Position numbers and translations under genes: made by a program. DNA of 62,141 nucleotides, counting the filler, from Diploschistes diacapsis (lineage: Eukaryota), in assembly GCA_023645945.1 (NCBI GenBank). It is 9 parts of 9 records of this genome, joined end to end, with 100 filler letters (N's around TTAATTAATTAA, not from the genome) between each part and the next. Parts side by side here need not be neighbours in the genome. Positions count along the whole stretch, not along the records: positions 34,700 to 41,509 come from JALAIB010001348.1; positions 41,610 to 48,415 come from JALAIB010001349.1; positions 48,516 to 55,280 come from JALAIB010001350.1; 6 more parts are not named here. One strand, written 5' to 3'. Positions 35,390 to 49,297 of the stretch are shown here, in pieces; position 1 is the stretch's first letter, and the number at the start of each line of letters is the position of its first letter. Below the pieces are notes generated by a model. The model made no database searches, was not told where the DNA came from, and worked only from the letters and a program-made list of their open reading frames with translations.

Positions 35390-38300
35390 ATGGAGGTCTT
35401 CTTTTTCGGCTTGCATCCAGATCTTACCGAGAAGCGTCTCAGCAAATATCTCGCAGAGAAATTCCGTCCCTTCGGTATCAATCACTTCCAATGTGAGAAA
35501 AAGCGGCGGGGTAATTCTGCCACGGCAATCATACTGGACGCAGTCAACGGTGAGCGCTTTCTCCAAGCTTATACTGTCCAAGGTGGCAAGTTGGTTTTGG
35601 AGAAGCCCTTCCGTTGCAACCGGAGCAGGTATGCCGTTGATCCTATCAAACTACGATGCCTCGAGAAAAAAGTGATCGATCAAGCCAAGAAAACTGTCAA
35701 AGTAGGTCAAGGTCCGCCGACCGTGAAGCAATTTGTTGGCTCATCAATCTCTTGCGGTACATGGGATTATCTGGGCAGTAACCTGACCTTCCTTCCCCAA
35801 TTCATGATGGTCAGGCCCCTTCGAGTTTACTTTGGCAGAAAGCAGCTCGTGATCATGGTGGATCGAATTCAGAAGTCTCTGGGACAGTCTGAGCTTCGGT
35901 TTGATATTGACTACTCCTCCATACAAAGCTTGACTTGCGCAGACACTCGAGACTCGGCCATCACACTTACCCTCTACAACTCTCCCAAATTTTACAAGAT
36001 TCCGCCACGGGAAGGCCAGAGCGCTTCGGAGGTCGATGAACTAACAAGGCTCTTTCGAAATACCTTGGGCAAGAGCCCGCGGCCAGGGCCAAGCTTAAGG
36101 CCACCGAAACGTATTCGTACTTCCGGGTTGGATCACAAGCATGCTAGTGTTGCCGGTCGTTGCTACGTCTATCAGCTCAAGCTCTCGCTTGACCATGTTC
36201 AAGCTATCAGGGCACTCTTGCATCGAAAGACCTTTCTGCCAGACATAGCAAATTGGCCCTTCCGGGTTACCCCGGTTCCCCAGCCTGGAACAACGATGAC
36301 CTTGGATCACTTGGTTCGCTTTCTCGAGCATTCATGCTACAATCTGGAATTTGCGGTCAAGTTTCAACTCCAGAGACTTGCCCAGAACTCCTATCTCCTA
36401 CCTCACATTGTGCTCCGATTAATTCCTACTGTAATTGATTATCACAAAAAGTGTGGCTTTGAGGCAACTGTGAATGCTTTGCAACAGATGAGCAAGGAGA
36501 TTCCTTATGCAGGACCTGAAAGCGAAGCAAAGATGTTCACCGTTAAGGCTCTTGGGTGCCTTCTAACAGAACAAAACGAATCAAACGATATTATATCCCC
36601 ATTCACTTTGGTTCGTCGATATTCACACCTGGTCCTTATCCATAGGGCTCGGGTTACGCCGACTACCATCCATCTGGAAGGCCCTTGCTTAGAAACGAAG
36701 AATAGCGTGTTGGACATATACTCCCAATTCGCATTGTCGCACTTCTTGCGGGTGTCGTTCCAAGACGAAAACGGAGAACCATTAAAGTTTGAGAACAATG
36801 TGGAGCTGACCGAGATCCACGGATCCGTCTTCAAGCGCATTCTCGACTCTGGCATTGAGATTGCTGGCCAAACATTCAAATTTCTCGGGTTTTCACATTC
36901 ATCGCTTCGTGAGCAGGTAGGTGTTCAGAGTTCCCCATCAACTGTGATAAAGCTGTAGAGGTTTCAGCTTACGGTTTTGGCCAGGCCTGTTGGTTTTGCG
37001 CCGCTTTCATCAAAGACGGCTCTCTAGAATTCGGTCAAAAGTTAATTAACAAGCTTGGAGACTTCTCCGCGATTAGATCGCCTGCAAGATGCGCCGCGCG
37101 AATTGGTCAGGCTTTCACTGATTTGAACGATAACGTTCCTCTTGGAAGGACTTCGGTTATACAAGTGTCGGATATTGAACGCAACGGCCGTTGCTTCTCG
37201 GATGGATGCTCAACCGCTTCAGAAGCTGTGTTCCGCAAGTTGTGGCAGAATTATAAACCTGGCAAAGCTAAACCAACCTTGTTTCAGATTCGATATGGAG
37301 GTAAGATCTACACGTCTTTCTGGGGACTCTGCTGGGTAGTAAAGCTGTGGTGACTAAAGCCGAAATAGGTGTGAAAGGCATGATATCACTTGACAAAAGA
37401 CTCCGTGGAGAAGTGCTCCACGTTCGACCTTCACAAGAAAAATTTCCTTCAGACAGGGAGATGCTCGGGATTTGCGGTGCTGCCAGACGGCCGCTCCCCT
37501 TTTACTTGAACCGGCCAATGATCAAGATTCTAGAGGATCTGGGTGTCCCAATCAGCACCTTCATGTCTCTGCAGACTGAAGCCATGGCAGAACTCAAGGC
37601 GATTGCGCACTCGCCCGTCAATGCTGCTACATTTATTGAGATACACGACATTGCAAAATCTTCAAATCTCGCTTGGTTGATGAGGGAGCTCTATTATATG
37701 GGAGTTCCCGTACTGGAAGATCATTTCTTGTGGTCTGCGGTGGAGTTGGTCCTCATCATGAGACTGCGTGATCTTAAATATCGCGGACGTATTCCGGTCG
37801 AGGACGGAGCAACGCTCTTCGGCGTCATGGATGAGACTGGCATTCTTGCCGAAGGCGATGTCTACTGCCCACTTACCAATGCAGACATTATCAAGGGCCG
37901 CGTCACTGTCACTAGATCCCCTGTCATGCACCCAGGAGATATTCAATATGCTCAAGCAGTGGACGTACCCGCAGACTCACCTCTGAAAGATCTCCACAAC
38001 TGCATTGTTTTTAGCCAACATGGCAACAGAGACCTACCCAGTCAACTCAGCGGAGGTGACTTGGACGGGGACATCTTCAACGTTCTCGCCGACTCACGTC
38101 TTCATCCCCCCAAGACGTTTCCACCAGCTGACTATCCCAGACCGAAGCCTATTGATATCCAGCGCCTCGTAGAAACCGCGGATATCACAGGTTTCTTCAT
38201 CGACTTCATGAGCAATGACCATTTAGGGAGAATATCTAACCTCCATCTACAGCTAGCAGATCGATTGCTACGAGGAACCGAAAGCTCAGAATGTCTTCTG

Positions 38301-39219
38301 CTTGCGGAAATGCACTCAACTGCGGTGGACTTCTCGAAGACGGGAATACCGGTGAGCAAGATTGGAGCCTCGTTCCTGCGAAAAGCTTATCGACCATTAG
38401 GTCTCAATGGAAAAGTGCCCGAGAGGAGGCCGCGAAAAGCCTGACTTCATGGCGCCTGGTCCTCGCATAATCGTATCAGATGGTATCCCGACGGTAGAGA
38501 CTGATGACTCCCGTGGTCTTTACCATGATAATGAAGATGACGTTCTGGACGAGCTCGACGATAGCTTCAAGCCCCAGTACTACAACAGCCACAAAGCACT
38601 CGGGCAATTATTCAGAGCAGTTGACGAGCAGAAGATCCTCGCCGATGTCCAGTCTGGAAAGAGACGTGGGAGCTCAGCCGAACGAAACGCGCTCACAGCA
38701 GTCTTGCAGTATGCCAGAAAGAAGACTCAGGGTATCACTTGGGAGCATTTGCGTGACTGGGCGTCAGACATCAAGGAGCAGTACGTTGCTTTTGAAACCA
38801 TTTACCTGGGATGAAGTGCCTGCGCTAACTCGTATGGCTGCAGATACGAAAATGCCGTTAGTGACATGATGTTTGCCAACAGCCTGGACCCACGGAAACC
38901 TCTGTCGGAAATTGAAGTGTTCGTTGGCCACATAATGGGCAGAGACGGAGGTGGTGGCTCTTCAAGGGCTCGAGAGATGTCGCGTGCCCTTAGAGAACAG
39001 TTTCAGGAGCTTGTCGAGTATACCATCGAATGCATTCTCAAGGACGAAAACGAAGAATTCACCGAGGAAGCACTGGAACGATCTCTTGCATGCTTAGCTG
39101 TTGCCACAGAAACCGTCACTGCAGCCAGGCCAAGGCTTGGAAAGCTTGAAAGCTTCGGTTACCTTGCAGGAACTATCTGCCTTCGGCAGGTTAAAAGGTT
39201 CTCCAAGGACGGATTCTAG
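35390..39219 (+). CDS. Cellular RNA-dependent RNA polymerase (RNAi type), five exons
   Basis: FLGFSHSSLR, ARIGQAF, FSDGC, FQIRYGG|VKGM, RSPVMHPGD, SQLSGGDLDGD (38058-38072) and AVDFSKTG motifs. Introns at about 36917-36984, 37301-37368, 38352-38400 and 38781-38843. Confidence 0.95.
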
Positions 39220-39555
39220 GTGAGGTTGGGATGCTGAAAAGCTTCAGCTTGGGTATCAGCGTTTGGATTATGAAGGGCGTGTTGCTCATACCTAGAGGCC
39301 ACCATGCTGATTGTTCGCTTTGCAATGATTGCAGAACCTGAGGCCTGGATAAGGGAGACCGGTACAAGCTTGGACATGCTTCAGGTCCGTGCCTCTCAAA
39401 AGAATGGCGTGCTTCAACTCCTTAAGCACATTGGCTACCACGCAGATTCGCATCTTGCGACCCATGGTTTGATAGTGTTTAACATCTCTTTGATAATAAC
39501 ATCGTCGTTACCTGCCATCCATTTTCATATTTATATTTCGTTACGCTGCATAGCC

Positions 39556-40520
39556 ATGAAGCGCTATATGACTACTGTTCTACTTTCCCTTGCCACAAGT
39601 TTAATCTCCGCATTACCTGCTAACGTCGATGATGTGTTCTATCCTCATGTCGGAGCAGCCCCTCGCCCAAATCATGACAACGCAGCAGCGCTCAGGTGGC
39701 GCGGCGACTGCATTACTGGCGAGCACAAGACGAAAGAAGTCAATGGTAGCTTGTTGCATCCGTCAACATACAGAGCGAAAGATTGCCTCTGGTTTCTGAC
39801 CGACGAAACCTATATGAGGTTCTATCGCGATCAAACCCACTGGATGAATGTGAAGAGAGATGAATCATCCTCAGACGGTTTATACCACCTCGACCCACAG
39901 CGCGCCGAGGAGTTCTGGGACGAGAAGATCGTGCGCTCCAAGACTAGAATGTGTGGGAAGTACTTCTTTTACATGGATTACAAACTGAGGTGGGAACATG
40001 TAGGGTATGTAGCACATTTCGCCTTTTTGAATTGTGCTCAATCAAGCTCATTCATGGACAGTGGCGGACTCCTAGTATCGGGCGACTACGCTATGGAGAA
40101 GGTCATGGGCCATCTCCAGAAAGCTCTCGACGCCGGGTACGCAGACGCCGAGTACCAGTGGTCATACAGCCTGTCCCATCCGGCTCCAGCTCTGGTTGCG
40201 GTGGGCTATCGCCCCGCCGAGTACGAAGCCGTCAAGCTCGTCAAGGACAAGCGGATGAACTGCACCCTGAACGAGTACGTGAAGGAAGCTCTTCCTGCTG
40301 GCGAAACCGGTATCCACTACAGAGCCCCGTGCTAATTATGAGCTGCAGGGGCGAAATGCCGAGCCCGGAACCGCCGCTGCCGTGCAATGATACGTTGAAT
40401 CCCTGGTTAGGGAGGCCGTACGAAATAGACCTACCGAAGGGGTTTAGGAGGGACAGGAAGTCTTGGTGCCGCGATGGGGCGCTAACTGAAAGTACGCCAG
40501 AGGACTGGGAGGCTTTATAA
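39556..40520 (+). CDS. Predicted secreted protein of unknown family
   Basis: Signal-like MKRYMTTVLLSLATSLISA|LPA. A predicted intron 40275-40348 (GTACGT..GCTAAT..CAG) joins a last exon ending STPEDWEAL*. Several Cys residues. Confidence 0.7.
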
Positions 40521-42222
40521 GGGTTCAAAAAGGTAGAGTTGTGCTAGGGTTAACGAGCAGATATGTGTTATCCTTCAACTCTGAACATAGGCTTTGTCCT
40601 CGCTTTTACTCCCGTTGCCACTGCCAGTGAAATGTGGCCCTATTGACACATAGTGCTTTGCACTGGCTCATGTTTCCTATTGTCGCTGTTCTCACGCTTA
40701 GTTTTTTGTTGTGCAGTTACGGGATATCTCGAGATGGAGGGGTGGAATGAAGGTTCTCCTTGTTTGTCTCTCGCGGTCAGAACGGTTATGGCATAAGTGT
40801 GTGAATTTGGGTGCCTAGATTATTCCTTTATTTACAGAATGGGAAAGGGAAGGCTTCGAGGACCATTCGACTCAGCAACGCTAGAGTTATTGAACGACTC
40901 TGACATTCAAAGTCTTCGGTTACCACTGTCAAGCTCCGGCCCTACTATATCACCAGGTTAATCACCCGAGTTCGGCACTGTCAAGATGCTTGAGTTCTAC
41001 AGATTTTTCTGCTTTAAAGGGATAAGCGGCTAGTCTTAGGAGTCTGATGTGGGTAGTGGAACAGCATGCCTCTTCAAGTAGGTTATGTGAATAGCAGATC
41101 AAGCCCTTCTATTTGGAAAAAAAAATTCTTAACCTAAGTCCTTACCTGTGTTCACATCCACGAGGAGGTCTTTCTTACCGACGATGATGAACTACAGCTT
41201 TCTCTTTGCACAAGGCATTGCTTCAGTTGGATTGCACTCTCACCCGTGGCTTTTCACTTGAACGTCATATTCTATAATTGCAAAATGGTAAGCTACCATT
41301 ACTTTCTCCCCATGCTTCAATCCAACCAATCGCTCGCAACTTCATAGCTACTGTCTGCACCTCCAGCTATCTTGCTACACCTGCTTGATCTGCTGGCTAG
41401 GACCTCGATTCTCTTTTCTCCCAACGTTCGCCACCCACATCAGCCTCTCTACCATGCAACGGGCCATCGCCTTCCCTCTCCCTCTCCTCCTTCCTCTCCA
41501 CCACTCTCTNNNNNNNNNNNNNNNNNNNNNNNNNNNNNNNNNNNNNNNNNNNNTTAATTAATTAANNNNNNNNNNNNNNNNNNNNNNNNNNNNNNNNNNN
41601 NNNNNNNNNGGGCGGGAGGGGTGGATGGCGGTAAGCGGCTCAGGCAAGAATGCAGGATATTGTAGCGTTTATAAAGCGTTTGAGCAGAAATGCGCCCAAA
41701 GCTGTTCCACTCTCGCTTTTGGACATTTTGTCCGATGTTGTAGACGTAAATTTTTATGCCCTTATCATGATCACATGTATACCACAACAGGCAACAATCG
41801 CGCGTTACTGTTCGCAAAGTTATTCAAGGAAAGTGAGAAGACGCTGCTCCGGCTTTTGAACACGCATATCAACGGCCTTCCGATTTCTACCCGCTGCTAT
41901 ATTCGACAACAAGCAATGAAAAAAGCTTAAAGTTGGACACCAGCTCCATAAGAAAGCGAGGGCCTATAATATCTAAATTTTAGCTATCGAGGCGGGTTAT
42001 TCTTCCCGTGGTTTCTGTATCTGAAATGACGTAGCGGCCATACTTCGCTTCTCCCCTTTTATATATCGTACATGTGAACTATAGTATCAAAATCCTAGCC
42101 TCGAAAGGCACCTCAAGCCTTTATGCCCTTATGCCCTTCAACGAGAAATACCAATCGCTATGCAACCCCATGCCAAAACCGAAAGCGCCAATCCGCGCTC
42201 CCAAACGGAAATTATTCGACCC

Positions 42223-44745
42223 TCACCCCTTTTCATGAATCTTCTGCTTATGCTTCGCATGGGCGCTCGCCATTTGTCTATACAAAGACTTGTGCTTGCT
42301 CTTCAACTCCTTGTTCTTGCTCTTGTTATACTCAATATACGCCATATCCTGCCCACCACTAAGATCACTCAGCATACCTGCCATCCTCTTTGCGCCGCTG
42401 CCTTTAGCCCCCCCCATAGTCCGCCTCCCACGGGCCCCGGCACGGCTGAACATATCGTCATCGATCTTCTCCACATCGGCCGCGTCCTCGTTTTTGATTT
42501 GTACTTCAGCTAACAATTCGAGACGTTCGCGCTGTGAGGAATATGCAAGGCCGGGGAGCTTCTCAATTCCCTGAAGGTGCGTGATAATTTTATAAGCGTA
42601 CCCCTGATCAACCAGGAACGCCTGGCGTTTGGCACTGTAGACCATTTCCTGGGTATCTTTACTCACAAGGGAGTAGAAGAAAGCATTGAATCCCTCGTCG
42701 TTACGGCGCTTGGCCCTAAGAATGCGTCCGAGTCGCTGCGCTTCTTGACGACGGGAGCCGTAATGCGAGGAAATCTGAATGAGGCATGTGGCTTCTGGTA
42801 AGTCGAGGGAGGTGTCGCCAATTTTGGAGAGGAAAACAGTGTTGACTTGGTCATTGTGCTGGAAGTTCTCGAGGATGTTCAAGCGTTCCTGTTGGGGCGT
42901 GCCGCCGTAGATGTATGCTTTATTAAGCTTCTTGGCGTAAGCCTGCAGGGCGTAGACGTTGTCGGAGAAGACGATGATTTTGTCGCCACGCTTCTCATGG
43001 TAATCGATTAGGAACTGACAGGCTTGAAATTTTCGGGGGTTCATGACATAAAGGAGAGAGCGCTTGCGTGAGCTTTCGCTCATATATTCTTTGAAAAACT
43101 CTTCGGTCATGGGACACCAAACTTCTGCACATTGCACTCGGGCGATATGTCCCTGTTCTGAAAGCTCCATCCAATTCGCTTCGTACAGCTTGGGCCCAAT
43201 AAGGAAGTTCAAATCTTCAATCTTTTCATCTTCCCGTAGTAGTGTTGCCGTAAGACCAAGCTTTGAGTGAGCCTTGATTGTTCCACCAACTCTTCGAAAG
43301 ATCGAAGCAGGCACGACGTGTACCTCGTCTAGAATCATGAGACCCCACTCCCTAGCGGTGAGAAAATTCATCATCTTTTGAGCATCATGGGCTCTTGCTC
43401 TCGTTTGTGTAACCATGGAGTAGGTTGTTACGATGACCCCGGCTTTTCCAAGGAAGTTTTCTTTATGGTCAGATGTGAATACTGCGATATCATCTCGGCT
43501 TATATTGCTCCACTTCAAAAACTCGTTTCTCCACTGCACGACTGACATTGAGCTTGTGCAAAGAACCACAGTACCCTTCCTGATAGTACAAGCAGCAGTA
43601 ATACCCACTAAAGTCTTACCAGCACCGCAAGGCAACACAATGATTCCGCTCTTTGCCCGACCATTGCCAAACATCTTGCCTAAGCTTTTCTCTTGATAAT
43701 CCCGGATCTTGGTTCCCGCTTTCAAGTCAATATCTAGAGAGGGATTGACCTTATCATTGTTGAAGTCGTACTCCTGCAGAGCCGGATATCCAATGTCTTG
43801 GCAGCGTTTAGTCACGGTTTCAACACTGCGATTAGGAACTTCTCGTGAATAGACATGTTTCTGTTCACTGACATCGTCGTCATCATCTTCGGCCCGTAAT
43901 GCCATCATAATATCATCTTCTTTGGTAAGCTCTTTACCATTAGCCTCTTCACCGCTATCATGTTTTATCTGGCTCGGTTGTTGGCGTACGCCTGCAGCTT
44001 CATTCGTCCCTGGAATGACAAGTGTATTCTGCTTTGGAGCCGCTTCCTGGATGATGCCCCCAACATTTTGGCCTTCCTTTGCGAGTGCTTCAGATATTAC
44101 TTTATCTTTCAAAAGTTGCTGTAGAATCTCTGGATCTGACGTCTCCAGAAAGAACAAATTCTGCTTCAGCACCAACTTGACGACACCAAACGATTGTGTG
44201 CACTCCTCAATAAACCGAATAACGCTAGGCGGTAGCGGAGTTTTTAGAAATTTGTTTAGACCGTTAAGAATGTCGTGAGCCGTAAGCCCCACTGACACAG
44301 CAGCGTACAGACTATGTGTAGTAAGTTGGTACTCGTGCAGGAACCGGGGTCGAGATTTCGGTTCAGCTATGGTAATGAGGAAATCTTGAGCTTGCTTGAA
44401 AGTTGGTGAAAAAGTCTCCAGCGTGACCTTATTGGTCCTTCCATCAATCCACAAAGGCCTGTCGTAGTGATCCTGTTTCAAGTCCAGAGCCGAAAGATCG
44501 TGAAGGCCCGAAATTTGAAGACTGCTGTCCTTGTAGTCGGTCTGCGTCTTATTTGTGAACTTGCTGAGGGCCTTCTTAAGCCTCTCAGCCTCCGCCTCGT
44601 CATCGACAGTTTCTTGGCCACTTGCGGAGTACTCGTCACTACTATCGAGACTTGTAGGCGTGGCGATTCCCGAACCACTTGAGGCGGCTCTTTTGGCCGG
44701 TCGACTTGATCCAGTATTCGCAGCTGCCTTCCTCTTGGGTGGCAT
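42223..44745 (-). CDS. SSL2: TFIIH helicase/translocase XPB
   Basis: [22 protein letters not shown] and [16 protein letters not shown] motifs; intronless. Confidence 0.98.
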   Translation of the reverse strand: MPPKRKAAANTGSSRPAKRAASSGSGIATPTSLDSSDEYSASGQETVDDEAEAERLKKALSKFTNKTQTDYKDSSLQISGLHDLSALDLKQDHYDRPLWIDGRTNKVTLETFSPTFKQAQDFLITIAEPKSRPRFLHEYQLTTHSLYAAVSVGLTAHDILNGLNKFLKTPLPPSVIRFIEECTQSFGVVKLVLKQNLFFLETSDPEILQQLLKDKVISEALAKEGQNVGGIIQEAAPKQNTLVIPGTNEAAGVRQQPSQIKHDSGEEANGKELTKEDDIMMALRAEDDDDDVSEQKHVYSREVPNRSVETVTKRCQDIGYPALQEYDFNNDKVNPSLDIDLKAGTKIRDYQEKSLGKMFGNGRAKSGIIVLPCGAGKTLVGITAACTIRKGTVVLCTSSMSVVQWRNEFLKWSNISRDDIAVFTSDHKENFLGKAGVIVTTYSMVTQTRARAHDAQKMMNFLTAREWGLMILDEVHVVPASIFRRVGGTIKAHSKLGLTATLLREDEKIEDLNFLIGPKLYEANWMELSEQGHIARVQCAEVWCPMTEEFFKEYMSESSRKRSLLYVMNPRKFQACQFLIDYHEKRGDKIIVFSDNVYALQAYAKKLNKAYIYGGTPQQERLNILENFQHNDQVNTVFLSKIGDTSLDLPEATCLIQISSHYGSRRQEAQRLGRILRAKRRNDEGFNAFFYSLVSKDTQEMVYSAKRQAFLVDQGYAYKIITHLQGIEKLPGLAYSSQRERLELLAEVQIKNEDAADVEKIDDDMFSRAGARGRRTMGGAKGSGAKRMAGMLSDLSGGQDMAYIEYNKSKNKELKSKHKSLYRQMASAHAKHKQKIHEKG

Positions 44746-45072
44746 AATCAGTAATCGCGGTATCAAGGTAAAAGCAGCCGAATGCTACAGCAAACTGAGG
44801 TGAATTTAGCTTCAATACTATACCATGATGGTGAAGAAGATAAGTTTATCAAGTAATGGGTAAAGGCTCTTAACTCCGAAACGTGGAACTAAAAGCCGTT
44901 AGAGCAGAGCCTCAAAGAACCCCCTGACAAGGGCTCGATGTGTTAAAAAAGCTTCGGGATTTTCCCATCCAGGTGGTTTGCTTTTCGATGGGAGAAAGTC
45001 TCCAGGTGCAGAAGATCGGTTGATATTCAACGGTTGGTTGATCAGACTGCTCACCCAATCTAATTCAGTAGA

Positions 45073-45624
45073 ATGAATACGGTAAGTGCCACTGATCGAT
45101 TCAGCAAAGGTTTACTGATTCTGAGCTATCCACAGATACGATCCACTTGGTTAGTTTCCTTGCTCACTTCCGCGTTCAGCGTAGTGCACGATTGATATTG
45201 ACCCAATTCAGGATAGGCTGGGGTGCTCTGATTGTCGGTATGTGTCTAGCAATATTGAGTATTTTGAGCTTCGTAGCTGAGTTTGGGTTCAGCCGGCGGC
45301 GGCGCATACTATGTTGCTAAGAAGCAGGTCAATGCGAACCGGCAAGCAGAATATGAGGCACAATTGAAGCGTCAACGGTTATACGCTTCTTTTGAGGAAA
45401 GAGAGTCATCAAAACCTGCGCCTTCACATAAAAAAGATTTCCACAAGGGCAGCGATCACTCAGGCAGTCCAAGTGGTGAAGCAAGTACCGACCCAGCACC
45501 TACAAGTCATCAGACGAACAGTCCCAAGCCAAAAAGCAAATATGAGCCAAGCGAGGTCTACAGGAGCAGGAAAGGTGATAGGTTCAGTTCTGTGGCAGTT
45601 GGCGGATCAGAGAATCAGTCATGA
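45073..45624 (+). CDS. Small single-TM fungal protein (DUF4748-like), four exons
   Basis: Spliced reading MNT|IRSTW|IGWGALIVA|GGGAYYVAKKQVNANR...SRKGDRFS. Confidence 0.8.
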
Positions 45625-46004
45625 TGCCCGAGGAATATTAATCTTGTGCAGTTCTTGAACGCATATGTATGTTGGGTAATGGCCACATGTACATATTCCT
45701 CAGCTCCTGGCGCCAAAGGTCTGGAGTCTTGGAAGAAGAAGGCAGACCGTTCTTGATTCTTACGTGTCCCTTTTATAGGCCAGGCCGAAACTTTTGACGA
45801 AGAATTTAATGCTTGCTAATAGCCCTCTGTAGTCTTATGCAGATATTTGTTGAAGGTATTATAAGCTATTTAATGCTCTAAATAAGGTAGTGCTTCTATC
45901 AAGCGTTGGGCGATAGAACTATAGTAGCGCGTTCTCGCGACAGGTGGGTTCATATAGACGGGCTCCAAAGCATTTTTGATTACTGCAACTTGAACCCAGA
46001 TCTG

Positions 46005-47597
46005 ATGATTGTGCCGAAAAGGAAAACAGCCATTCTAGGGGGTCACAATGGTAAAAACATATCAAAGATTGACAATCTCCTTTTGACTACCGTCTGCTAG
46101 GCCCCGTACATTGCGTAAAATTCTCTGCCGGTTCAGGTCAATATGTATGCACTATAGCAAGGTCCTCCGAAATCCCTAGTGATTGATGCCCGCCATAGGT
46201 TCTTACTGGGGCTTCTGACCGTACTATCCGACTGTTCAATCCGCTGAAAGCTTCTGTTGAAAATGCCGAGCCTACTCAGAGGGAAGGTGCTGGATCTACA
46301 AAGGGATTCTCTGCTGGCCTTGTACAGTCTTACTCCGCCCATGGCTATGAAGTACTCGACATAGCGGTTACATCGGACAACGCACGATTCGCCAGCGTTG
46401 GAGGAGACAGGCAAGTTTTTCTCTGGGATGTCGCTCAGGGTAAGACTCTGAAACGTTGGACCGGCCATTCCGGGAGAATCAACGCGGTGGATTTTGGAGG
46501 AGAAGGCAGTGTCGTCGTTAGCGGTAATACCCACCATATCCTACCTCACAATAACATAAGGGAGGAACTCTGCAAGGATAAGTCACAACTAACAGTTTCA
46601 TCACTGAAGGGAGTTATGATGCCACTGTTCGGCTTTGGGATTGCAAGTCCCAGTCCACCAAACCCATCCAGATTCTGGAAGAAGCGAAAGACAGCATCAG
46701 CAGTGTACATGTCTCAGGGTATGAGATTGCAACAGGGAGCGTTGATGGCCGGTTTCGACTTTACGATCTACGCATGGGGATGATGTATGTGGATGTTGTA
46801 GGACGTAAGGCCCTTTTGATATCTTTCCTCTCAACACTTATTTGTGCGTATCAACAGATGGATGTCAGGCACTCGTGCTAATCCTGCTTAAGCTGCTAAC
46901 GTCGAAGCATATCTGGGTTCCAAGACACTAACTCATTCTACAGAGCCTATCAATTCAGTACAACAGACTCGTGATGGTAATGCCTTGCTCGTCTCAACGC
47001 TAGATTCGACCATTCGTCTGTTCGACAAAGGGAATGGCCAGCTTTTACAGTCCTACACAGGGCACGCCAATAAGAAATATCGGATACGGTCTACATTAGC
47101 TCAGGCAGATGCAGCGGTTATCAGCGGCAGCGAAGACGGTGCGATCTTTATCTGGGATGTGTTGGATGGAAGGGTCGTCGAGAAGCTTCAAGCGCATGGT
47201 GGAAATGTTGTCAGCGCGGTATCCTGGAACTGTGCCTTGGGGAGGAAAGAGTGGGCTAGCGCCGGCAGTGACGGTGAGTTCCAGGCCCAATTATGTCATG
47301 TCGTCTCAGGGGTGAAGCATTCTGCTTTGGAGCATTATGGATGTCTCATGCATGCAGACACACAACTACTTGTAGCCTCGAGAGGCGCAAGATGCTCTGG
47401 ATCCTGTGGGTACTAAGATCTCGCGCCATAGAGAGGGGAAAGTGTGGGGTTTGTCCTGGAGCTACTAGTGCTGGCACTTTCGCCCTAGATCACCGCATCT
47501 GCACAGCAGCAGGTCGTGTCATTCGTCCTTTACTGACGTATGTTGTGTTCATCCCATAGGGAACGTCGTCTTATGGGGTGCTGAAGCTGCAGCATGA
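46005..47597 (+). CDS. WD40-repeat protein, WDR83/MORG1-like
   Basis: GHN|GPVHCVKFS, VLTGASDRTIRLFNP, SAHGYEVLDI, FASVGGDRQVFLWDV, GSYDATVRLWD, STLDSTIRLFDK and SGSEDG motifs. Confidence 0.88.
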
Positions 47598-48354
47598 CTG
47601 CGGCCCAATACCTCTCGCCAATATTACTCCGTCTTTGCAGCAACAACAACACGAATACGGCACTACTCTCCTCCTATAGGGAAACATTTTACAACGCTAA
47701 TGGCCTATCGTTAGATGCTGGTGTTCTGAAGACGCTAGCTAGCTAAAGAAGCGAGCGTCTGCTGGTCGGTTCGCAGACTACCCGATGCTGGAAATGGGTT
47801 CGAAAGGCTTTCTAGTTTTTAATCACGGCGATCCTGTACCCTGCAAAAGCATAGCATATACTTGGGCACTTTACAAAAAGCGATCTGTTTTCAAACCACT
47901 TTGCTGCTTTATGTGTTTCGTCTGCCATTTCTGCGAACCCTACACTATTGACTCCATTCTGGATAGGTAGGTAGGGCGTTGGGCTAAGTTAAAGCTTACC
48001 AGTTTACACTATTGAACACGTATCAACAACATGGGGAGTGAAGAGATTGAGAACATTGTGCTGGTGATAGTTTCTCGTGCTCGTAGCCCAAAAAGGAGCT
48101 TGGAGCGGACTGGGGACCAGAATATAATAGACCAATAGCTACAAAGCAGAGAGGGCTGGTAGGTTGCCTACGGCTGGGGGTTATACCTGGACTGCGGCAG
48201 AGGCAGAAGCAGAAGCGTCAGTCAGTAGTTAGTGAAGTCCGAGAACGCTGCAGAGGTCAGATCCCCCTATTCTGTACATTATGTTTTGTCTGCGGGGAAG
48301 TCGGCGCATCACCACAGTACACAGTATAGTATGAGTACAGTATCTAGTCCATGT

Positions 48355-48415
48355 GTATGTATGTATGTATGTATGTATGTATGTATGTATGTATGTATGT
48401 ATGTATGTATGTATG
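48355..48415. repeat. (GTAT)n microsatellite running into the contig end
   Basis: About 15 perfect units. Confidence 0.97.
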
Positions 48416-49297
48416 NNNNNNNNNNNNNNNNNNNNNNNNNNNNNNNNNNNNNNNNNNNNTTAATTAATTAANNNNNNNNNNNNNNNNNNNNNNNNNNNNN
48501 NNNNNNNNNNNNNNNAGATAACTCGGTTTTGGAGAAAAGGGCAAACTAAGCAGAGCCATCAAGGCCCAGCGGGGGGTGGGGGGGGGACTTTGAAATCTCA
48601 TGTATTTCTGGCATCTTGTTGTCAGACATCCTCAACATTAGCTTCCACTTGGTATATTCTCCCCTTCCATGTCGTGCTCATGTTTCTCCGCTGGTACCAC
48701 AACAACCGATCCGACATTACTTCCTCTGGACCGGGAGAACATTATCGTCACTAACCCATCAAATATCCTGCATGCTCCCTCCTCTTTGATTGGTGATCCC
48801 CATCTTGGTTGGACAAGCAGTTGGCTGGTCTCGATGGAGGATCACGTTTTCTTTGGACTGGTATGCAAAATATCTCGAGCTCAACTCGATTCCAGACTTA
48901 TCCGCAAGACGACGGAATAGGCCGCGAGCAAGAGACTGTTCTATCCGTCCATCGATATGCGCTCTCGCTTCCTAGCACTTCACACCTCTAGCCTCTACAG
49001 CTCTCTCTGCTTCCTTCCAAAGACGTCGAAAAAGCAAGGCAAGAATTGTGGCCAAAGCTGGACAAGGTGACCGTACTGGGAAACAAAAACAATAGAAGGG
49101 TATCGTAGAACATCATGAACCGCACAATAAATAAAAGATTGGCTATTAAATCAACATTTTCCCTCGCATAGACAAAGAAGAAAGTGAACCAGCAAGCGAG
49201 CGTTGGGTATCGGACACCTGTGCCATGCCCGTTTATCGTCTGCTGCGAACTTCCAATCTGTACCAATGCAATATGGAGAATTAGAAATAATGATACA

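Noticed and set aside
34214..39219. Apparent RNA-silencing cluster (TRAX next to RdRP)
   Set aside because: The two genes are on different contigs, placed side by side only by length sorting.
41285..41509. Possible gene start (ATG|GTAAGC intron; downstream MQRAIAFPLPLLL)
   Set aside because: Too short and truncated to assign a frame or product.
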